Counted from the first letter of the stretch, positions 39,205 to 50,944 are shown. The stretch is 64,000 nt of DNA from Eledone cirrhosa (GCA_964016885.1 OZ024746.1:23808001-23872000); one strand, 5' to 3'. A program made the numbers and translations. Notes: generated from the sequence alone by a model not told the origin.

Positions 39205-40495
39205 TGTCACTAGCAACATATATTGCTATGTATTGTATCAGTAGCAACATATATTGTTATTTATTGTCTCACTAGCAACATATATTGCTATGTATTGTCT
39301 CACTAGCAACATATATTGCTATGAATTGTATCAGTAGCAACATATATTGTTATTTATTGTCTCACTAGCAACATATATTGTTATGTATTGTCTCACTAGC
39401 AACATATATTGCTATGTATTGTATCACTAGCAACATATATTGCTATGTATTGTATCACTAGCAACATATATTGCTATGTATTGTATCACTAGCAACATAT
39501 ATTGCTATGTATTGTATCACTAGCAACATATATTGCTATGTATTGTATCACTAGCAACATATATTATGTATTGTCTCACTAGCAACATATATTGCTATGT
39601 ATTGTCTCACTAGCAACATATATTGCTATGTATTGTATCAGTAGCAACATATATTGTTATGTATTGTCTCATTAGCAACATATATTGTTATGTATTGTCT
39701 CACTAGCAACATATATTGCTATGTATTGTATCAGTAACAACATATATTGTTATGTATTGTCTCACTAGCAACATATATTGCTATGTATTGTATCAGTAGC
39801 AACATATATTGCTATGTATTGTCTCACTAGCAACATATATTGCTATGTATTGTCTCACTAGCAACATATATTGTTATGTATTGTCTCATTAGCAACATAT
39901 ATTGTTATGTATTGTCTCACTAGCAACATATATTGCTATGTATTGTCTCACTAGCAACATATATTGCTATGTATTGTATCAGTAGCAACATATATTGCTA
40001 TGTATTGTCTCACTAGCAACATATATTGCTATGTATTGTCTCACTAGCAACATATATTGCTATGTATTGTATCAGTAACAACATATATTGTTATGTATTG
40101 TCTCACTAGCAACATATATTGCTATGTATTGTATCAGTAGCAACATATATTGCTATGTATTGTATCAGTAGCAACATATATTGCTATGTATTGTATCAGT
40201 AGCAACATATATTGCTATGTATTGTCTCACTAGCAACATATATTGTTATGTATTGTCTCACTAGCAACATATATTGCTATGTATTGTCTCACTAGCAACA
40301 TATATTTCTATGTATTGTCTCATTAGCAACATATATTGCTATGTATTGTCTCACTAGCAACATATATTTCTATGTATTGTATCAGTCGCAACATATATTG
40401 CTATGTATTGTCTCACTAGCAACATATATTGCTATGTATTGTCTCACTAGCAACATATATTTCTATGTATTGTATCAGTAGCAACATATATTGTC
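39205..40495. repeat. 31-bp minisatellite x ~41 (TAGCAACATATATTGCTATGTATTGTCTCAC) with internal hairpin
   Basis: Unit counted by eye; variants ctcac/atcac/atcag and gcta/gtta/tcta. Confidence 0.95.
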
Positions 40496-40595
40496 TATCT
40501 GCCTCTGTACCCCCCCCCCCCGCTCTTTATCCATTTCTATCCCTTCCTAAGTATCTCTCTCTCCTCATTTGTCTGTCTCTCTTTCTTTCTCACTG

Positions 40596-40636
<41 letters not shown>

Positions 40637-41120
40637 ATTCTGTTACTACATTATATGGATTATTACACTTAAAATTGGTTTATTTTGTTTGTTTTTTCTT
40701 GAGTAATTATAAAACCTAGAATACTTAGAAATTATAATGAGATATTTTCCAGAGGATTTGCACAAACATCACCGCTATCATCATCATCACAACATGTATG
40801 TGTGTGCCTGTATGTGTGTATGTGTGTGTATATGTGTATCTCATCATCATCACTATCATCATCATCCTCATATGTATGTGTGTGTGAATGTGTATATTTC
40901 ATCATCATCATCATTTTACATCTGTTCTATGCTTTTGATGGCTTGGCATGGTCTGAGACAAGATGGGTTGTGAGGGACGACATCTTTGTCCATGTGTTTC
41001 ATCTTTAGCATGGTTTCTACAGCTAGATGCTCTTCCTTATGTCAACCTCTTTATGGAGTGTACTGGGTATGTTTTATTATCGGCCTAGTACTACCTCTGT
41101 ATGTGTGTGTGTGCGTATAT

Positions 41121-41320
41121 AATAATAATAATAATAATAATAAAAAGGGCACTTTGTTATGTCTTTATTACACTTATTGAGTAGTGACGTGCGTTTCACA
41201 GTTGATCAGCTCAAGGTTCGATCTGTATTGATCTAGTCCAACTCTGGAATCAAAAGCTCGTCACTACTCAATAAATGTAATGAAGACATAACAAATTGTT
41301 CTTTTTATTATTATTATTAT
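41121..41320. mobile_element. Imperfect inverted repeat in (AAT)n/(ATT)n with degenerate hammerhead core
   Basis: Arms ~41121-41189 and 41259-41320; minus strand 41209-41186 reads CTGATCA-ACTGT-GAAAC-GCAC-GTC. Confidence 0.65.
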
Positions 41321-41414
41321 AATTACACTCTGCTTAGTTCTACACCTCTATACCGACTGGAGACTATACATTTAGTGGTCACTCTGGTGAAGCTACAGTA
41401 ACTGTATGCTACAT

Positions 41415-41451
<37 letters not shown>

Positions 41452-41950
41452 ACATATATATATATTACATATTACATACTGGAAGTAGTGGTGACTAACA
41501 GCCATGTACTAAAGTTAAATTAGAAGACAAAATAGTAAAGTGGAATAATGATACAAAAGAAAACTGTTTGATTCTATAAATAAATTATTAAGCCCTTTTC
41601 GCCCAGGGTCAGACAAACAATTCCATAATGACTAATTTTATCCCGTCTCCTGTTTTGTTTCTCTTTACCTTCCAGCTAAGATTTACCTTGAAACACCTCA
41701 AAATCAATGAAGAGATGTACGAGTAATATTATACCTCTTGTATGAATGGAAATACATAGAAATATTTTCAACAACATTCATACACACTCATATTTATACA
41801 CATGCACACATATATATACATTGACTGGTCTTACCAATAAGCCACACACCCTTGTGTTCTCATTTTTAAAAATGTTTTCATTTTATCACTAGTTTTTATT
41901 TTTTAACACTAAATCATAAAAAAAGTATGTATATATATATATATATATAT

Positions 41951-42305
41951 ATAAGCAAGCAAATGAATGAATGAAGGAGTTAGAAGCCGTTAAACCAACG
42001 GTATTTATACTTATTGATGACCTTATATAATCAATTATTTCTCTGAGGAGTCCATGTGGGCGAAACATGTGTAAGAGTTATATAAAGAACTTGTTTTAAT
42101 GGCTTGTAACTTCTTCATTCATTCATTTGCTTATTCCTGCTCTGCTTGAACAATATACTAAATATTAAATCTTCTTTAATATTTAACTCTGCTAACCCAA
42201 GCATTGAGCACACTCCGCTTCGGCTATTGGCATTAAGTAATCTGTATCGCACTTCTCTGTATCCCTCCATCTCCTCCTCTCCTATGATACTTATACCCTA
42301 TTATT
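41951..42305 (+). mobile_element. Penelope-like pLTR remnant with inverted short arm
   Basis: 41957-41998 is an imperfect inverted copy of 42091-42132; starts at (TA)n; contains a hammerhead. Confidence 0.7.
42039..42077 (+). ncRNA. Minimal type I hammerhead ribozyme
   Basis: TTCT-CTGAGGA-GTCC(ATGT)GGGC-GAAA-C(ATGT)G-TA^AGAG; all core nucleotides canonical, self-complementary stem III. Confidence 0.85.
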
Positions 42306-42307
42306 AT

Positions 42308-42490
42308 GTGGATTGGCAGTATCGGTAGAGGGTCGGATGCCATACTTTCCAGCATAATTACGTCCCTTTACGATTTGAGTTCAAATCCCGCCGAGGTTGA
42401 CTTTGCCTTTCATCCTTACGGGGTCGATAAAATAAAGTACCAGTAATACACTGGGTAATTGCTGGCCTTGTGCTTAAAGTAGACACAATT
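42308..42490 (+). mobile_element. S1 SINE, young copy
   Basis: Near-consensus head, B-box gagttcaaatccc and core. Confidence 0.9.
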
Positions 42491-42957
42491 ATATATATAT
42501 ATATATCATTTATTATCTATCATTAACATTAATATAAAACATAATAATAATCATATATATTTATTTTAAAGTTTTTTTACCTGAATATTTTTAGACAAGG
42601 GCCTCAAATTCCATATAGCTTAGGACCTCAGCAGGTGAATGTCTGGCCCTGCATACATATGCATGTGTACTGGTGGCACACTAAAATGCACTCGGCAGAG
42701 TGAGGAATTTTATGTGAGATGTGCCCCCAGCCCCCACCCCAGGCATCTGAGCACCCAGTAAAGTGTAGGAACATATGTTAGCAAGATACAGGCTCTTGGC
42801 CCATCTGAGACTTGATAGAGGAAGATCAGCATGGAAGATTAGCTACCAGATTTAAAATATGGCATGGGCTGAACTGAAATTAAGGTGATCATCCAGCCAT
42901 TGAATATTGCCCACCCATGTCAACATGGAAAAGTGAACATAAAGACAATGAAGATGA

Positions 42958-42994
<37 letters not shown>

Positions 42995-42998
<4 letters not shown>

Positions 42999-43179
42999 GT
43001 TATTCCGGGTTGAATCGGAGGTAACCACAGTAAGTAAGGTACTCAATACATTGCAGAGTATAAAAGTTTTAATATAGATGAGATTCTACAGGACTAGAAC
43101 TGTTTCATTCTTTAGAAATCATCAGCTGATGATTTCTAAAGAATGAAACAGTTCTAGTCCTGTAGAATCTCATCTATAT
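42995..43179. mobile_element. Asymmetric palindromic element: perfect 108-bp palindrome (43072-43179) plus a left extension, between (TA)n runs
   Basis: 54-bp arms with no spacer, axis atcag|ctgat at 43125/43126. Confidence 0.85.
43123..43162 (+). ncRNA. Hammerhead ribozyme motif (mirror copy on - strand at 43089-43128)
   Basis: CAG-CTGATGA-TTTC(TAAA)GAAT-GAAA-C(AGTTCTA)G-TC^CTG; core canonical, stem II closing pair U.U atypical. Confidence 0.65.
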
Positions 43180-43197
43180 ATATATATATATATATAT

Positions 43198-43618
43198 CGT
43201 CATCATCATACGGTGGCCTCAGCTGAAATCGACTCCACAATTGATCTCCACGTCAGTCTGTTGTTCATTGCTGCTCCCAAATCCTGGATTTCAATATCAG
43301 AATGTCTGGAGATGATATCGGGATAGGAGAGCTTCCAAAGCATTAATGGGGACACAACCTCATAGGTGGCATGATGGCACTGGCCAGCAAATCTTACTCT
43401 CCTTTTAGGTACAACAACAGATATGCATGGGAGGCCAGCATATATCTCTCACAAAGTCAGATGTCACCAGCTTATGTTCTGAATGCACTGAAGCAGGCGA
43501 ATGTAAGTGCCACAAGGCACTTTTGTTGTTTGGATGAAAGTGTCCATGTTTCACTTCCATATAGCAAGAATGGTTGAATTGTTACTTGGAAAAGTTTGAT
43601 TTTGGTGTGGTTGGAAAG
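43198..43618 (-). pseudogene. 3' fragment of a second RTE-like LINE family (B)
   Basis: Minus strand KIKLFQVTIQPFLLYGSETWTLS ... YPDIISRHSDIEIQDLGAAMNNRLTWRSIVESISAEATV* plus (TGA)n. Confidence 0.75.
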
Positions 43619-43637
43619 ATATATATATTTATATATA

Positions 43638-44088
43638 TGCAAAAGTTCTATTTAAATTGTTGGGATACAACAAGCAAATATTTTTATAACTGATATAAAG
43701 CACTCGACAAGTATTTGGAGTAAATATACGATATTAACAAATGGAAACTATATTTATAAAACCATATTTATTTTATTATACATATTTCAAGGATACCATG
43801 TTAAATTATGGTATGCCTTCATCAGACAAAATACAATATATACCAGTTTTATAAATAAATTTTAACATACCCTTTCAAAATGCAACCGTTACTTTTGGAA
43901 GAGATCAGGATGTCTTCCAAAAGTAACGGTTGCATTTTGAAAGGGTATGTTAAAATTTATTTATAAAACTGGTATATATTGTATTTTGTCTGATGAAGGC
44001 ATACCATAATTTAACATGGTATCCTTGAAATATGTATAATAAAATAAATATGGTTTTATAAATATAGTTTCCATTTGTTAATATCGTA

Positions 44089-44094
<6 letters not shown>
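43638..44094. mobile_element. Asymmetric palindromic element: 182-bp arms (43721-43902 / 43913-44094), 10-nt spacer, left extension, between (TA)n runs
   Basis: Arms read as exact reverse complements by eye. Confidence 0.9.
43982..44046 (+). ncRNA. Type I hammerhead ribozyme (mirror copy on - strand at 43769-43833)
   Basis: TATTTTGT-CTGATGA-AGGCATACCAT(AATTTAAC)ATGGTATCCTT-GAAA-T(ATGT)A-TA^ATAAAATA; 8-bp stem I, 11-bp stem II with one mismatch, self-complementary stem III. Confidence 0.85.
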
Positions 44095-44128
<34 letters not shown>

Positions 44129-44263
44129 CACGTACACACACGTGTGTGTATACATACATACAGACACGTATTTTTTAATATATTTGGAGGGAATATAAAG
44201 ATAACTGCAATGTATAATTGTTCATCTTAATAAAGGATCAAAGAATATATATAATCATATATA

Positions 44264-44297
<34 letters not shown>

Positions 44298-44423
44298 CAA
44301 AATTAAATTAAGGGTTGTCATGTCTGAGAGACATGCGCCATATCCACTGTAGAATAAGCTCAAAGATTCTACAGTGGATATGGCGCATGTCTCTCAGACA
44401 TGACAACCCTTAATTTAATTTTG
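44298..44423. repeat. Perfect inverted repeat, 58-bp arms and 10-nt spacer, embedded in (TA)n
   Basis: 44298-44355 is the reverse complement of 44366-44423; no hammerhead core. Confidence 0.9.
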
Positions 44424-44442
44424 TATATATATATATATATAC

Positions 44443-44473
<31 letters not shown>

Positions 44474-44516
44474 AAGAGATACGTGTGTGTGTGTGTATAT
44501 ATATATAATGATATAC

Positions 44517-44566
<50 letters not shown>

Positions 44567-44568
<2 letters not shown>

Positions 44569-44889
44569 AGGCGTATGGCTTAGTGGTTAGAGCATTGGCC
44601 TTGCAATCGAAAGGTTGTGAGTTCAATTCTCAGACCGGGTGATGTGTTGTTTCCTTGAGCAAGACACTTTATTTCACATTGCTCCAGTTTACTCAGCTGT
44701 AGAAATGAGATAGGGACTGGGGTCCCTATCATTCCACTGCAAAGTGGTCGTGTAGGTGCCACGGAAAAAAAGCACCCACCACTCACTGTAAATGAGGTTG
44801 GTGTTAGGAAGGGCATCCAGCTGTGGAAATAAAGCCAGAATCAGTTCCCGTCCCACCCTTGCAAGCAGGGAAAAGCGGATGTAAAATGA

Positions 44890-44893
<4 letters not shown>
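44567..44893 (+). mobile_element. S2 SINE, young copy inserted in (TA)n
   Basis: Near-identical to 13561-13903. Confidence 0.9.
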
Positions 44894-44944
<51 letters not shown>

Positions 44945-46035
44945 CATACATACACGTTTCTGACACAGATTATAAACCTGAGATTTTCTACAATCAAAGT
45001 AATCAACGTTGCTCTCCTGCTTTGTTTATTTACTTATTTTGTTTTGTTGTGTTTATTTTTTTACGTAATGAAACAGATATCACTATTCATTAGCTTCCTT
45101 TTAATTACCATTCTTAGACATAGGAGAGAGATTATAATGGGCTGTTGATACAGCACAGCAGGGGACACAAGGAGTTAGATTATAAGTGAAGACCTTAACT
45201 TACTTTCAGAGTAAGCTTATTATATGTTCAGGTCTAATCTTTGTTTTATAATAAGCTCCTAAAAAGATGAAACAGCTGTATGTAAGAGAGAAAGGGGAGT
45301 CTTTATACAATTGTCTAAAGAATTATAAAGAAGCTTGTGCTGAATGAAATATATACATAGTATATATGTATATATACATTATATATACATAACACATATA
45401 TAAACAAATAATTAATTACATGTACATTATAAAGCCCTCTGTCTGTCTGTCTGCTTCTCCTTTCTCTCTATACACACATATATATATATAGTTGAAAGAG
45501 GGGGTAAAGTTCCATACAAAACAAAGTTAAAATGTGAAGGTGAAAATGCACAGAAGTATATTTCAAGATTATTGTTTCTTTAATCCGACAGAATGAATAA
45601 TTTTATAGTTGTTGCATTAAATATAAAAATCTTATCAAATATTAGATGTTAAATATTGAATATTTTTAAAACATGGTTTTTCACGTCTTCTGCAATCAGT
45701 TCGAATATATGTGAGTTTTCTGTCAAAATTTCTTCTTATATATGTTCTTTATGAAGGTCATTAACTCCAGATCATCTGTGTACAGCATGTGTGTCTGGTC
45801 TAGAATAATTATACTGTCATCAGAGGCAACTAAAAGCGTCGGTACCAGGAAGGGCATTAGGCCATAAAAATACGTATCAAAAATGGACCCCATAATCAGT
45901 GTTTGTGGTTCCTCTGTCAGATTCTACAATCAACATCCAATTGATCAACTAAACATGAAACTCACTGAAACATGAAACTCACTGTTGTCACCACCATTTT
46001 TACTTCCACTTTTCTACAGGGTGGGTGAAAAGAAA

Positions 46036-46266
46036 CTTTTTCTTTTTTCTTTTTCTTTTTCTTTTTCTTTTTCTTTTTCTTTTTCTTCTTTTTCTTCTTT
46101 TTCTTCTTTTTCTTCTTTTTCTTCTTTTTCTTCTTTTTCTTCTTTTTCTTCTTTTTCTTCTTTTTCTTCTTTTTCTTCTTTTTCTTCTTTTTCTTCTTTT
46201 TCTTTTTCTTTTTTATCTTTATCTTTATCATTTTTTTCATCTTTTTCTTCTTTTTCTTCTTCTTCT
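46036..46266. repeat. (TTTTTC)n/(TTTTCTTCT)n polypyrimidine tract
   Basis: Directly visible; gives the poly-Lys pseudo-ORF. Confidence 0.95.
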
Positions 46267-47639
46267 CTGGATATGATTATGGGTGGACATTTAAATTTCC
46301 TATGACCTACTATACTAGTTGATTTACTTTGAGTGCTTACTGCAAGTCATTAGATATAATTTTAAACATTTCTACCTACCTGCCTTCGCCAACTGCCAGG
46401 TTTCCCATTTGTCTTTACACATGCACTCCAAAGCTCTCTCTCCATCATCAACCTTCTGAAATCCCCTACACTATCTACTCCAGTATATTCAATATAATGT
46501 CTTTTCCTTCTACCTTGGTTTGTGTATCCATCTGATGATTCCCACAGAATAAGATAACAAGATCAATTGCTATTTCTTCATGGTGATGAACAGAGACCTG
46601 CAAATGATATTCTCCTCTGCCTTATCTTTTCTTTGTTTTTTTTCTTTTTTTTTAACATTTAAACTTTCATATTATTATAGCTGAAGTGTAAGAAGAGAGA
46701 TGCTATCTTCATAGTATTTTTCTCGGGAATTATTATATAGTTCAGCAAAATGGATAAATGGACAGGATCTCCAACCAAGGTCATCACAAAATTGGTATTG
46801 TACCTGTATAATCTGTAAATTGCAAAATACAGGAATATTTCCTTTAGCCCTTTGTTTTTCAAATTACACCCTTATGATGTTTCAATTCATCTGACAAAAC
46901 ATATACAAGAGCTCATACCAAAACATACCCACAAGGTCATACTAAAACATACACATAAACTCATACTAAAACATACACATTTATATCATGCACCTTACTG
47001 CATAACTACACAAATAACTTCAGTTCTACATTATCATCATCATCAATAACTAGTTCTGTGCAGATTAGTGTAACACCTTGCACAGAACTTTCCATATTGT
47101 GTATTGTAACAATTCAATGTGTCACTGACAATCTCTAGGTGAGCCAATCAATTTTTATCAATATTTTACTGTGAATGTATAATTTAGATTTGACAACTCA
47201 GCATACCTTTCTGCACATGACTGGTAACACATCAAAAAACAATGGAATAAGCATCAGAACTTTAACCAACAACACTTAATTAGTATTTTATTACATTATT
47301 TTTTTCATATTAACTTTATCATCATAATCACCACCACCACCATTGCCATTATCATCATTGCCATTTTGTTGACTTTTCCATACTGGTACGGGTTGGACTG
47401 AAAATTGCAGGCCAAGTTATTATTTATTTGGGACTACTAATTTCCTAGATATGCCAGGGACCACGTTTCACATGCATTCTAGTTTTGGCACGGTACACAT
47501 AGTTGGATGCCCTTCCTAATATGAACCACTTTACAGTGTACTAGGTGTATATTATCATTAGCCTAGTACTACCACTGTATATATAGTTAACTTGTCAAAA
47601 CTAAAGTCCTAGTATATAGAAAAGAAAATAGGGCCCTAT

Positions 47640-48253
47640 TCCCTCTGGGAAATGGCCTTGCTCAGTGTGCAAGAAAGGAGTAGGTAGAAATTCCATTCTA
47701 TGTTCCAAATGAAAACTATGGGTACATAAAAGATGTTGTGGAATTACAGGCAGGCTTTCAAAGAACATAGGTTATACGCGTGGCCCATGTGCAAGAGCAG
47801 TAAGTAGCAAATGCCCAGATGGTTCTATAGAAATAGTCAAGTTTCCATTACCTGGGTCATGAAATCAGCAGTGGAGGAAGGTGTTCCAAAAGTACAGTAG
47901 CCAGACTAAGAACGGGATGGAAAAAGTTTAGGAAGCTACTACTACTGTTAGCTACAAAAAATGTTCCCCTTAAAATAAAGGGCAGATTGTATGATGCATG
48001 TATATGAACAGAAATGTTACATGGTAGTGAGACCTGGGTACTGTGTGCAGAGGACCTGCAAAGATTGGAAATGAAGCATGCATGCTCCAATGGATATGTA
48101 AATGTGGTTGGCATTAGGAAGAGCATCCTTCCATAGAAAACTAGCCAGAAAGAGTTCTACATGAGTAAGACATTATCATCTGAGCCGAATTGCCTCAAAT
48201 GGGACAACCTGTCTAACCCATGCTAGCGTGGAAAAGGGACATTAAATGATGAT
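47640..48253 (+). pseudogene. Older, degraded RTE-A-related fragment with tail
   Basis: Remnants of [41 protein letters not shown] and a (TGA)n tail. Confidence 0.85.
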
Positions 48254-48273
48254 ATATATGTATATATATATAT

Positions 48274-48307
<34 letters not shown>

Positions 48308-48308
48308 T

Positions 48309-48355
<47 letters not shown>

Positions 48356-48982
48356 AAAGTGAAGGTGTGTGGCTGTGTGGTTAGAGAATTGGATTCACAA
48401 TCTTGAGGTTGTGAGTTCGATTACTGGCTGGACCGGGCGAAGCTTGATGTCCTTCAGCAAGACACTTTATTTCACGTTGCTCTTTCTACCTGGAGTTGCA
48501 ACTGATAGATAGTACTAGCAACTGGAAAGGCAAACGGAAACATTGTTTCCTCGGTCTGATTTGGCGAAAGTTGATCGATCCTTATAGATATATATAAAAA
48601 GTAATAAAAGAAGTTCTTATGTGTTTAATGTGACAAGAGCCCTCATTCCTCAATGCTGTTACTGGTTATGACTGCTGTTGTATTGTTTTGTATTCTTATT
48701 ACTGCTACATCCATATACGTCTCAGTTAATCATCTGTAACTACTTCAATCTATGTAAATATCTATACAATGAACTTGTAACTAATTACTAGTGTACTAAA
48801 CATGTTATTTCTGACAAACATGCGTGTATGGTCAATGAATTGGAAACATGTATAGAAAGAAGAAATAGAGGCAACAGAATGTGTGTGTATATATATATAT
48901 ATATGTATATGTATGTATATATATGTATATGTATGTATATATATATGTATATATGTAAAATATATATATATGTTTATGTGTA

Positions 48983-50216
48983 TCATCATCATCATCATCA
49001 TCAACGTTTAACGTCCGTGTTCCACGCTTGCATGGGTTTGGACGGGGGTTTTCCCACTTGAGGCAAGAGTGGTTGTCTTGCTCGCATAGGACTGTCTGGC
49101 AGGTTTTCTACAGTTGGATGCCCTTACTAACACCAACCACGTTTACAGTGTGGGGCTGGGAGGTTTTTACCGTGTTGCCTACACGGCCACATTACAGCGT
49201 GGACTGTGTGTTTTTTTTGTCGTGACACCTACACGATCTCATTTGTTTCGGCCTGGATGGTGTGGCACCAACATAACTTTACATAGAACGGGGTGGTGTG
49301 GATGGGGTGGGGGTGGTGGTGGTGGGACGGGGGTGTATTTTGTTAGAGATGCCTACTGACTGTAGTAGGTTTTACTTTGTATTTAGGTAAGGCGGGTCTT
49401 CTCTATTACTGAGTACCGCCAAAGGTCTCGGTCCAGTGACATTGTCTTGGTGAGGTGTAAGTGTGTGAGGTCGGAGTTTATCAGCTCGTCCCAGGTTTTT
49501 CTGGGTCTGCCTATTCCGTGGCTACCGTCTATCTTTATTGCCCTGCACTTTGTTATACAACTATCATCCTTCATGTGCATCACGTGACCATACCAACGTA
49601 GCCTTCTCTCGAGTAAACAACATCTGATCCCTCTTATTTCTAATTTTTTCCTTAGTTCGTTTATGCTTTCTCGTTCACGTATATTACTATTACACATCCA
49701 GCGGAGCATGCAAGCTTCGTTTCTCTCTAGTCTGCGTATATCCTCTGCACACAATGCCCAGGTCTCACTGCCATGCAACATTTCTGTTCGTATGCAGGCA
49801 TCGTACAACCTGCCTTTCATTTTTAGGGAGAACCCTTTAGCGGCTAATAGTGGTATAAGCACTCTGAACTTTTTCCACCCAGTTCTGACTCTAGCTACTG
49901 TACTTTCAGAGCACCCTCCCCCACTGCTGATTTTGTCACCCAGGTAACGGAAGCTGTCCACTATTTCTATAGAACCCTCTGCGCAGTTGAAAGAGCTAGT
50001 ATTTTGTGAGCACTTGCTGCTACTTATTGCCCCAGAACACCGGCCACATGTAAAATCTATGTTCTTAGTTAGCTTACCTGTGATCCCACTACATCTTTTA
50101 TGCACCCAAACTTTGCATTTGGGACACAAAATGGAATTTCTACCTACGCCTTTCCTACACTCTGCGCATGGCCACTTCCCGGAGGGGACCGCCGCCTTAT
50201 TTTCTTTCTTACAAAC
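48983..50216 (-). mobile_element. RTE-A copy 2, 5'-truncated
   Basis: Homologous to 4204-5426; ORF open from VCKKENK to the stop at 49383. Confidence 0.93.
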
Positions 50217-50534
50217 ACAAAAAAACACACAGTCCACGCTGTAAATGTGGCCGTGTAGGCAACACGGTAAAAACCTCAGCCCCACACTGTAAATGTGGTT
50301 GGTGTTAGGAAGGGCATCCAGCTGTAGAAAACCCGCCAGACAGTCCACGCTGTAATGTGGCCGTGTAGGCAACACGGTAGAAACCTCCCAGCCCCACACT
50401 GTAAATATGGTTGGTGTTAGGAAGGGCATCCAGCTGTAGAAAACCCGCCAGACAGTCCTATGCGAGCAAGACAACCACTCTTGCCTCAAGTGGGAAAGCC
50501 CCCGTCCAAACCCATGCAAGCGTGGAACAAGGAC
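50217..50534 (+). mobile_element. RTE-A 3' UTR fragment fused head-to-head to copy 2
   Basis: Matches ~59497-59817 including its internal tandem duplication; lacks the (TGA)n tail. Confidence 0.85.
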
Positions 50535-50911
50535 ACATATGTATGTGTGTATATATATATATATGTATATGTATATATATATATGTGTATATATGTGTAT
50601 ATATATATGTGTGTATATATGTATATGTATATATATATGTGTATATATGTATATATATATGTGTATATATGTATATGTATATATATATGTGTATATATGT
50701 ATATGTATATATATATGTGTATATATGTATATGTATATATATATGTGTATATATGTATATGTATATGTATATGTGTATATGTGTATATATGTATATGTAT
50801 ATGTATATGTGTATATATGTATATGTATATGTATATATATGTATATATGTATATGTATATATATATATGTATATATGTATATATATATGTATATATGTAT
50901 ATGTATATATG

Positions 50912-50944
<33 letters not shown>

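Noticed and set aside
39205-40495. CRISPR-like array of palindromic ~31-bp repeats
   Set aside because: No unique spacers, no cas genes, eukaryotic context; it is a minisatellite.
45962-46305. Poly-Lys and Phe/Ser ORFs
   Set aside because: Polypyrimidine simple repeat.
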